Shown here: positions 1-9,471 of the stretch, in pieces
Layout: the number at the start of each line of letters is the position of its first letter
Position numbering within the stretch: the stretch's first letter is position 1
Assembly: GCF_963921235.1 (NCBI RefSeq)
Contig: NC_086110.1
Span: forward strand, 9,548,001 to 9,612,000
Direction of reading: 5' to 3'
Length of the DNA: 64,000 bases
DNA from: Mobula hypostoma
Taxonomy: Eukaryota
Notes under the pieces: generated by a model
Database searches by the model: none
What the model was told of the DNA's origin: nothing
What the model saw: the letters and a program-made list of their open reading frames with translations, nothing else
Position numbers and translations under genes: made by a program

Positions 1-1835
1 ACACCTCTATCATGTCTCCTCTCATCATCCTCCTCTCCAAAGAATAAAGCCCTAGCTCCCTTAATCTCTGATCATAATTCATACTCTCTAAACCAGGCAG
101 CATCCTGGTAAATCTCCTCTATACCCTTTCCATTGCTTCCACATCCTTCCTATAGTGAGGCGAACACAACTGGACACAGTACTCTAAGTGTGGCCGAACC
201 AGAGTTTTATAGAGCTGCATCATTACCTCGCGACACTTAAACTCTATCACTCGACATATGAAAGCTAACACCGCATAAGCTTTCTTAACGACCCTATGTT
301 CACGTGAGGCAACTTTCAGGGATCTGTGGACATGTACCCCCTGATCCCTCTGCTCCTCCACACCACCAAGTATCCTGCCATTTACTTTGTACTCTGCCTT
401 GGAGTTTGTCCTTTCAAAGTGTACCACCTCACACTTCTCCGGTTTGAACTCCATCTGCCAATTGTCAGCCCACTTCTGCATCCTATAAATGTCTCTGTGC
501 AATTTTCGACAATCCTCTACTATCCACAACACCACCAACCTCTGTGTCGTCTGCAAACTTGCCAACCCACCCGTCTACCCCCACATCCAGGTCGTTAATA
601 AAAATCGCAAAAGTAGAGGTCCCAGAACCGACCGTTGTGGGGCACCACTAGTCACAACCCTCCAATCCAAATGTACTCCCAGCACCACGACCCTCTGCCT
701 TCTGCAGGCAAGCCAATTCTGCATCCACCTGGCCAAAATTCCCTGGATCCCATACCTTCTGCCTTTCTGAATAAGCCTACCGTGTGGAAGCTTATTATAT
801 GCCTTACTAAATTCCGTGTAGATCACATCCACTGCACTTCCCTCATCTATATGCCTGGTCACCTCCTGAAAGAACACTATCAGGCTAGTTAGATACGATC
901 CGCCCTTCAGAACGCCATACTGACTGTCCCTGATCAGACCATGATTCTCTAAATGCCCATAGATCCTACCTCTAAGAATATTTTCCAACAACTTTCCCAT
1001 AACTGACGACAGGCTCACTGGTCTATAATCACCCGGACTATCCCTACTACCTTTTTTGAACATGGGACAACATTTGCCTCCCTCCAATCCTCCGGTACCA
1101 CACCCGTGGACAACGAGGACATAAATAGCCTAGACAGAGGCTCAGCAATCTCTTCCCTCGTCTCGTGAAGCAGCCAGGGGAATATTCCGTTAGGCCCTGG
1201 GGACTTATCCGTCCTAATGTATTTTAACAACTCCAACACCTCCTCTCCCTTAATATCAACATGCTGCAGAACATCAACCTCACTCATATTGTCCTCACCG
1301 TCATCCAGTTCCCTCTCAATGGTGAATACCGAAAAGAAGTATTCATTGAGGACCTCGCTCACTTCCATAGCCTCCAGGCATATCTTCCCACCTTTATCTC
1401 TAATCAGTACTACCTTCACTCCAGTCATTCTTTTTTTCTTCACATAATTGGGGTTTACACAAATCTTGGGGTTTTCCTTTACCCTACTCGCCAAGGCCTT
1501 CTCATGCCCCCTTCCTGCTCTCCTCAGCCCCTTAAGCTCCTTTCTTGCTACCCTATATTCCTCAATAGACCCCTCTGACCATTCCTTCCTGAACCTCACG
1601 TATGCTGCCTTCTTCCACCTGACTAGATTCACCGCCTCACTTGTCACCCGTTGTTCCTTCACCCGACCATTCTTTATCTTCCTCACCGGGACAAATTTAT
1701 CCCTAAGGGATCCAAGAGATCCCTATGAGATGCAAGAGATCCCTAAATATCGACCACATGTCCATTGTACATTTCCCTGCAAAACATCATCCCAATTCAC
1801 AACCGCAAGTTCTAGCCTTATAATTTGCCCTTCCC
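1..1835 (-). mobile_element. CR1-clade LINE ORF2 fragment (RT region and C-terminus), frameshifted
   Basis: ORFs 119..565, 575..1087 and 1015..1686 (-) carry CR1 RT motifs: [38 protein letters not shown]. Confidence 0.92.
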
Positions 1836-3251
1836 CAATTAAAAAGGGTCGCATTAACTCGAAATTGTTGTTTCTTACAATGAGCAGCATAGATATTAAG
1901 AGCGGCGACGATCCATTAAGCCTTTTACAGAATCTTTGATCAAAATATCCATCCACAGCATCGAGGAAAATCAATGAGTGAACATCAACTTCAATGCATG
2001 TCAGAAGAGAGAACCAACAAAATATGCAACTGTGATACATGATCGATTTATACCATGCATTCTCCTCTTTAAGGGCAAAAATTTAGTTTTCATACAGAGA
2101 GGAAACAGAAGACTGTTTCCAGAGCAAGAATTGTAATGAACTTTTCCAGCTCGTGTGCGAAACCAGACAGTGTTGGGCTCCAAGGTTGGTAAGAATACCT
2201 GATTTGGTTAATTGTTAATCGTTTGGAGTTTCGCGAGTTTCTTTTCTCGAGCGAATCGCTCTTCCCCGGCTGCTTTCTGCTTAAACTTAATAAGTTTATT
2301 TTTATAGCCTCGGGGATTCCGTGTTACTTGTGTAATTTAGGTGGGCACCCGATTAGCGCTAATAGTGTTGGTCCTGTTTTCAGAATGTTTCTGTCAGCAT
2401 GTGCACTGGCAATGACTGAACGCAAGTTCGGAGGAAAATTAGACTCCCCTTGATAGACGGCAACCAGGGTTTATCAATACAACTTCCAACACAACGCTGG
2501 TGGTTCATCCCAGCGACAGAGTGAGATGAAACATTCTCAAAGCTAGGATCCCACGAGAAGAGCGAATAAAGAATTAGCATGAATAATCATAGGAACCTGA
2601 AATGCTGTGCCTGTCAAAATGAATTTAAAAGGTTTAAAGAGAACACATCAGAGATTAACGACTCTCATTAAGGCACAATTAACAAATTCAGGTGCTCCAG
2701 AAACCTGGGAGCCCAACGCTGTCCGGCACCCGATGCAGACAAGACGAGTTCATTACGAATGCGTCTCGCGGGTTCGCTCGGCCAAGTCACGGATATTCCG
2801 TTGAATTCTTATGAATAAACTTTTGTCACCGGCTTTTTATTGGTGTCTGTCTTTCCTCCGCTCTTGGGTTCCATTATTGTCAGCGCACAGGAATGGACTG
2901 TGTTGGAATGTAAAAGATCGATCTCAAATAAACCTGGCTAACGGATTGGAAAACAGTTGCCTAAATTACGATATAATAGAAAAGGAATGCACAAGATACA
3001 AATATAAAAGTACAAAAAAGTTAATAATTAATATTCAGAAGGAAAGTACTACTTACAAATGCAATGTTTACAGACTATTTTTAGTTGCAATGTTTAGTGG
3101 ACAACTTGTTCAGTTCCTGAATATGTATATTAATTTACTAATGCTTGGAATTACTCTTATTCCAAAATAAGTAAAAAAACGGCAAATTATACCTCGAGTA
3201 GAATTTAACGCGACATTTTGCGTTTCATAAGAATTCGAGTTTTACAGTTAT

Positions 3252-3257
3252 TTTATT
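3252..3257 (-). promoter_or_regulatory. Candidate polyadenylation signal of the IgSF gene
   Basis: AATAAA on the minus strand about 130 nt beyond the candidate terminal stop. Confidence 0.35.
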
Positions 3258-3384
3258 CTTCACCGGCATCAAAACGCTTGTAGCAGTATTTTGAAAGAAA
3301 AAATCATACTTGGTAGTCCAGAAATGGGATTTGCTATTGTCATGTAAAAGTTATAAATCCAGGCAAAGTATGTGACTGGCATGA

Positions 3385-3425
3385 TCATTGATTCCAAGGA
3401 AGCAGGATCTTACTGCTAGAAGACT
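3385..3425 (-). CDS. Candidate terminal exon (tail QSSSSKILLPWNQ* if spliced directly from the TM exon)
   Basis: Strong pyrimidine tract ttatctttttcttatatctacaag| at 3426, and AATAAA on the minus strand at 3252-3257. Confidence 0.4.
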
Positions 3426-6400
3426 CTTGTAGATATAAGAAAAAGATAACTTTAAAAACAATGTGAAGAAAAAAAAAGCCTTACTGAGAATATAACTGTA
3501 CATAAGGACAATCATCTGCATTTTCTTCAGAAACAGGCTAGATATGCATTGAAAAGAATAGACAATCTCCGTGAGTTGAAAATACCTTTAATTTCGTACA
3601 AAATTTTTCTCCTATGACATTTCCACATTTGTGATCACACGAAGTTTCTCCGTTATGATCATTACCTCTGGAATGGACATAGATGTCATTTTACTCAGAC
3701 ACGGAAGTTGAGACACAGAGTTTAGAAATCAGATTAATTAATTAGGTTTAATTAATTCCATATCGCACTCTATCTTTCTCTTGTACCAGTAAATGATTTA
3801 CAATATAAATACGGAATTGTTTTCTGTTCGTGTGAAGTTGCATCACATCACTAGAATGAAAATAAAATTCATTATTTACTCGCGGTATACCTTGGAAATA
3901 GACAATAAGTCTAGTACATACGTTTGTTCATGGAAATGCACCTCTTGCCAGCGATAATTAGAAGTATCAAAATGACTATACCACCGACTGCACATCGAAA
4001 ACTCCAGATGTTGATAAATTTGTCATCAAATTCTGCAATATTAGAAAGGCGACAGTGAACTTGCTTTGTAAATACGTTACAAAGATTAGGTTTCGGAATT
4101 ATTTGTTGATTCAACTGAATTTTATTTTTAAGAAACTACATTGTGAGATGACAACGCAAAGGCAACCAACAATAGTTTTTTTACTCGTGAGTCGAGAGTA
4201 TGTAAGCAGTTTGTTCCCGGAAAATAATATAATATGAGGCCTAAGTCATATGTGTATTCTGGAACGTTTATTTTATTTGCCTTGCCTTTATATTACAGCT
4301 TCATAATCTTCATAATCCCTATAGACTCAGCAATATTCTCTTAAATTGAATAAATTAATACATATTGCATAACCAGTTACTTATCCGCTGAAGCAAGGCA
4401 CTGTGTACCTAATTAACGTTATATTTGTGAACTGCTGCATCGGGGAAGCATATTCTGAAGCATTGAGAAACTACAGGAGATCGCTAATGCTTGTCCGAAA
4501 ATAGTACTAAAACAGCTGTTCCTATATTCTAGGACAGTAACAGTATAGGATCCAGTGAAAGTAGCTACTAAAACCTCTATTTTTATATTCCAGGACATAA
4601 CAGCTTGGGGACTAAAAGACCTCAATATTCTTTAGGAGGCTCCATCTGACTGCTTAGCAGAAACCCATCACTTCACCTTATATTCACACACTGAAATCTG
4701 TCTGGACTAGCCGTCTATTTCTAGAAAATTAGAACGAGGGGATATTGACTTCATCACCTAACGTCATCAACACCAGTAAAGTTAGAATTCAATTGCTAGT
4801 CAGACAATTTAATTGCTTGTTCACTTCATACCTCGGTAAGAATTCGGAACGGTGTGGATAACAATGGCAGGAGTCCTTAGCGAGATATGTTGCACCAAAC
4901 ATATGTAAACAGTCTCGTTCACCTCTGATTGTTTTACTTGCAAGGAACTAGAAACTTTAAACAACCCTTCAGTATTTTCGTGTTTATAGGTACTTGTATC
5001 TGTGGTGGCCGTAGTACCGTTTTTATACCATGTAACAGTTAATTCTCCAGGGTAAGCTCGAATAAGTTCAGATACCTCCATATCGAATAAGTTCCTTGAA
5101 CCATTTCCCTCTGTCTTCCATGCGCAAGCCAGTGATGAATCCGAACAACCAATTTGCTGCAGACCCCAAACACCTTAATCATCTGGAGTGGCCACCCACG
5201 AGCGACTTTGTCAAACATATGACTAAATTCCACGTAGACAACTTCCACTGCTCAATCTTCATCAATCTCTCTCGTCTCGTTAAAAACGCAATCAAGTTAG
5301 TAAGTCACGAGCTGCCCCGCACAAAGCCATACTGGCTCTCTCTAATTCGGCCAAATACTCATATATCCAGTCCGTTAGAATTTTCTCCAGCCATTTCCCT
5401 ACCACTGACGTGAGACTCACCAGTGTATAGTTCCCAGGATTTTCCTTGATCCTTTCTTACATAGAGATACAACATTAGCCACTCGCTAGTGCTCAGAGAC
5501 CTGACCTACGCCTAGGCAGGACACGAAGATACCCGTCAAGACCCCAGCATTTTCGTCTCTTCCCTCCTTCAATAGATCGAGGTAAATCCATTTAGGCCCT
5601 GGGGACTCAAAGATCTTAATACTCATCAAGAGGCTCAAGCTGACTGCTTAGTAGAAACTCACCACTCCACCATATATACATACACTGAAAGCTGTCTGGA
5701 CTAGCCGACTATTTCTAGAAAATTAGAACTAGGGGATATTGCAATGTATATTGACTTCATCACCTAATGTCATCAACACCAACAAAATTAGAATTCAAAT
5801 GCAAGTCAGAAAATTTAATTGCGTGTTCACTTCATACCTCGGTAAGAACTGGGAACAGTGTGTATAGCAATGGCAGGAGTCCTTAGCGAGATATGTTGCA
5901 CCAAACATATGTAAACAGTCTCGTTCACCTCTGATCGTTTTACTTGCAAGGAACTGGAAACTTTAAACAACCCTTCAGTATTTTCGTGTTTATAGGTACT
6001 TGTATCTGTTGTGGCCGTAGTACCGTTTTTATACCATGTAACAGTTAATTCTCCAGGGTAAAACTCAGCCGTTTCACAGACAAGTGCCAAAGTCGCAGAT
6101 GAGTGCTTGAGAACCCTGGATGAAAGGGTCAATGGAGTTGGAGCAGCTGTGGGGTATAAAATGTAAAACAAAACATTTTGAGGGGAGGTAATTAAACACA
6201 GAATGTGAGAGAATAAAGGCATCCTCTGTAAGGCCGTGTTTTTATCAGTAAATCTGCACCTATCAGCCTGTCTTTCAAGTGCCAAACAGATGAATTACTG
6301 ATATTGGTTAGCTCACACAATGGGGCGCAAGAAGCCGAGATTGGTTCGGATTTATATTAGCTTGCTCTTCAGTTTGTAGTTTTGCTTGGTATGAAATATA

Positions 6401-7149
6401 GAATACCTGCTGTCCTTCTAACCTTTCCATTTTTTTCTGTATAAAAAAATTGAAGTGTAAAACGAGGCAGTAAACGAAGCTTTAGATAATGCATTTAGCA
6501 GAGTTAACAAATTTTGTTGGGTTCTTATATTTCCAGGAATCTCAAAGTGATATGGTAACGTTATATAATAATTTCAGATGTTCCCGCTCACTCATTCTAC
6601 TCACCACACACTGTCAGGTTTGATCCTCCTCCTTCTCCTGTGATTTTTCCGTCACGCGTGACTACGCACTGATAGATTCCCGTATCCTGGGCAGTCGCGT
6701 TCAGCAGTTGAAAATAGCCCCCTCCTTTATTTTTGCTGCCTATTCTCTTCCTGCCAGTAAGTTCATTTTGTAGGTATTCATTCTCCCCCTGCTTCTGCCA
6801 GCGCACTTCAATTCCTGACTGGGCATACGTAAGAGGGATTATGCAATGGAAAGTGATGTTTCCTCCCATCCATATAGTCTCTCGATCAGGAATCTGTGTC
6901 ACGATAATCGAAGCTTCTTCAGCAACTATTAAAACGTGTTGAAATTCGGTTAGTTGTACTGAACTTGGCATCAAACATTTCAGAACGGATTTCGGCATGG
7001 AAATATGGAAAGATGTGTTAAAAATAAATTCTACTGGTTGAACTAATCATAGTTTTGTATATTCTGGCACTTAGAGAAGATGGAAATAAAGTACCTGAGC
7101 AAGTAATCCTCGAGAGAGTCATGAACAAGGAGAGAAACATTGCAGTCAT
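3385..7149 (-). CDS. Multi-exon IgSF receptor gene: leader - VJ-type Ig - C1 Ig - TM(Arg) - short tail (SIRP/NKp30/antigen-receptor-like VJ-C1 class)
   Basis: Exons 7149-7095, 6925-6605, 6146-5838 and 4032-3922 all have GT/AG boundaries in phase 1 and splice into one open frame. The 3' end (3385) is tentative. Confidence 0.88.
3481..3537 (-). CDS. Candidate cytoplasmic exon PVSEENADDCPYVQLYSQ (YxxL)
   Basis: Acceptor ttttcaatgcatatctag| and donor TCA|gtaagg. It needs a phase-0 upstream partner, so its linkage to the gene is unresolved. Confidence 0.3.
   Translation of the reverse strand, partial: PVSEENADDCPYVQLYSQ
3922..4032 (-). CDS. Transmembrane exon (E)FDDKFINIWSFRCAVGGIVILILLIIAGKRCISMNK
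   Basis: Acceptor ctttctaatattgcag|AATTT (phase 1) and donor AAAC|gtatgt. Hydrophobic stretch with one Arg, followed by a KR stop-transfer signal. Confidence 0.85.
4832..5055 (-). pseudogene. 5'-truncated duplicate of the C1 exon
   Basis: 8 mismatches over 224 bp versus 5838-6061 (hand count). It keeps the gtatga donor but lacks the acceptor and the first Cys; CR1 sequence abuts it at 5056. Confidence 0.85.
5056..5607 (-). mobile_element. Internal CR1 RT fragment between the two C1 copies
   Basis: Reads from a KSPGP-like motif to VVYVEFSHMFDKV...WLAHGRQR (ORF 5039..5248). Confidence 0.85.
5838..6146 (-). CDS. Ig C1-set domain exon
   Basis: Acceptor ccccacag|CTGCT and donor CGAG|gtatga, both phase 1. 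C1 hallmarks: LVCETAEFYPGELTVTWYKNG, FKVSSSLQV, YICLVQH. Confidence 0.93.
6605..6925 (-). CDS. Ig V-set (VJ-type) domain exon
   Basis: Acceptor ttttaatag|TTGCT and donor TGTG|gtgagt, both phase 1. Motifs: B-strand Cys (ITFHC), C-strand Trp (VRWQK), DTGIYQC, and a J-like G strand GEGGGSNLTV. Confidence 0.93.
7095..7149 (-). CDS. Leader (signal peptide) exon MTAMFLSLFMTLSRITCS
   Basis: ATG at 7149 (alternative ATG at 7140), hydrophobic core, donor TCAG|gtactt in phase 1 matching the V-exon acceptor. Confidence 0.75.
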
Positions 7150-7469
7150 GACGTTCCGAACAAAGCAATCAACTGATGCTGCGCTTCCTTGATTAATGCA
7201 GGTAATGATTGATCTGTTTTTTTTTGAATTTGCGGCCTTCGCAATGACGTTTGGTTTCCTTCCCACGTGTACAAGTCTGTATTTCCTGTTCATCCTTGAG
7301 GCAACGGACATCAAAGTGCAACGAGTGGTGAACAGCAAGCATTTCGCAGAACAACTTGTTGCAGCTAACGGGCTCGGAATAATTCAACAGTAAAATCTGC
7401 ACGTCTAGATATATCGGTGCGGGCCAAATATATGCTGTATGGAGGTACCATTTCTCAGATTAGACTGCA

Positions 7470-8885
7470 ATATCATTAGACATAGGAGGACAATTAGACC
7501 ATTCGGCCCATCGAGACTGTTCCGCGAACCCATCATACCTGATTTATTATCTCTCTCAAACCATTCTCCGACTTTCTTCCCATAACCTTTGGCGCCTTGA
7601 CAAATGAACAGCATATCAACCTTAAATATATTCAATGACTTGGCCTTTACAACCGTCTGTAACAATGAATTCCACAAATTCACTGCCCTCTGGCTAAAGA
7701 AATACCACCCCGTCTGTTTTAAATGGAAGTCCCTCTATTCTGCGGCTGTGCCCCGTGATCCTAGTCGCATCCACTGTACGTAACATCTTCACACACACTC
7801 TATCTCGGCTTTTCGTGTTTTATAGATTTCAATGCGATCCTTCCTTATTTTTATAAACTCTATCGAATACATGCTCAGAGCCATCATATGTTGACATTTT
7901 CCTACCGGAGGCATTCTCGTCAGCTTTCTCTGAACGCCATCCAATGCTAACATATGTTTTCTTAGGTAAAGGGCCCCAAACAGCTCATATGGCTGGTCCT
8001 TTTCATCCCATTCTCAGCACCACTCCCCGGACTTCTCCCTCTAACTTTTGATGTTGTGTTCAATCAAAAACTTATCAAGCTCTGCTCCACACCCAACGAC
8101 CTGGCCTCCACGGCTGCCTGTGGTAACAAATTCAAAAAATTCATCACCGTCTTGCTAACGAAATTTTTCAGCATCTCTGTTTTAAATAGACGCCCCTCTA
8201 TCCTGAGGCTACACCCTTTTGTCCTGAACTCCCCGCCAGAGGAAACATCCTTCAAACATCTACCCTGTCTCGGAAGTTCAACGTTTAAAAGGTTTCAATA
8301 AGATTCCTCCACACCATACTTCTTAATTCGAGTGAGTAGCTATCAAATGGTCCTCGTATGATAACCCTTGCATTCCCGGATCATCCTTGTGAACCTTCTC
8401 TGAAGCCTTTCCAAACCAGTACATCTTTTCTTAGATGAGGAGCCCAAAACTGCTCACAATACTCGAGGTGAGGCCTCACCAGTGCATTATAAAGCCTCAG
8501 CATCGCATCCACGCTCTTGTATTCCATCTGCCATTTTTCCATTCTCCCATTCTGACTCAGTCCTTCTGTAGACTTCCCGCTTCTTCAGCACTACTTGCCC
8601 TCCATCTGTCCTCGTATCGTCCTCAAGATTGGCCATAAAACCATCAATTTTGACATTCAAATCATTGACATTTAACTTGAAAAGAAGCATTCCCAACACC
8701 GATCCCTGTGGAACACCACTGTGGAATAACCTGCAGCCAACCAGAGAAGCCCCTCCCCCGCCTTTATTTCCACACTTTGCCTCCTGCCAGTCAGCTAATC
8801 TTCTATCCATGCTAATATTTTTCCTGTACTATAGGTCTTATCTTGTTAAACAGTTTCATGTACAGCACCTTGTCAAAACCCTTCT
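7470..8885 (-). mobile_element. Degenerate CR1 LINE 3' fragments
   Basis: MNLWNSL and GVPQGSVLG motifs; 3' UTR similar to other copies in the window. Confidence 0.8.
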
Positions 8886-9471
8886 AAGAGTTCCTGCATT
8901 ACTTTCCCGATATCAGCAAAGCTCAATTCAGTTGGAGTGGTCGAGACAATCAAACTTTTATGAAAAATACATGTTTTTCCATGTATTATGTTTATCAAAA
9001 CTGGCACTCTCTTTTCATTGGCAATTTTAATTGTTTCTAATACTGCTCGATTCGTTCAGTGTACATCACCCAGTTGTGCAATTAAACAAATCTACTTTTT
9101 CGATGTTGCCCGCTATTTATCCTTCTTTATTATTTACTCTTAGTATTTCTGCTACTCACTGTTTATGACACAGTGAATTTCATTCGTTTTCTGCGTTAGT
9201 TATCTCTCGCGCTTCCTGAAGAAAGACGTATTGCACTCGACCTTTTAACTCGAGCGTCCCCGGGCCCTTGCTAAGAGAGAGAAAAAACGTGCTGCTCTTC
9301 AGCAGGAAGGTAGGTAGTCGTCTCATCACCACTGTTAAATTTTGTAACTGCAGAAACTAGTCAAAAGTATAACACGGGAGCCGTGTATAAACGTGTCCAC
9401 TTCGTTTTACTTTAGTGAGATGAGCACACAGGACGTGATGCCACAATGACATATGACATTAACCTACTTTA

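Larger units (their letters stand above)
4606..6061. repeat. Direct segmental duplication (4606-5055 vs 5600-6061) separated by a CR1 fragment
   Basis: Aligned by eye; covers the 3' part of the C1 exon plus about 225 bp of downstream intron. Confidence 0.9.

Noticed and set aside
2098-2185. Plus-strand exon-like segment with a C-type-lectin-like ending (EDC...NC...LVCE)
   Set aside because: Cys spacing is too short, there is no WND motif, and no supporting exons exist; it overlaps the inverted repeat reported separately.
7018-7338. 106-aa ORF upstream of the V exon
   Set aside because: Only the 7149-7095 part behaves as a leader exon; the rest is UTR or intron read-through.
9169-9207. Perfect RSS heptamer CACAGTG upstream of the V gene
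   Set aside because: No ACAAAAACC-like nonamer at 12- or 23-bp spacing, and it is not adjacent to the V exon. The V exon already contains its J-like segment.
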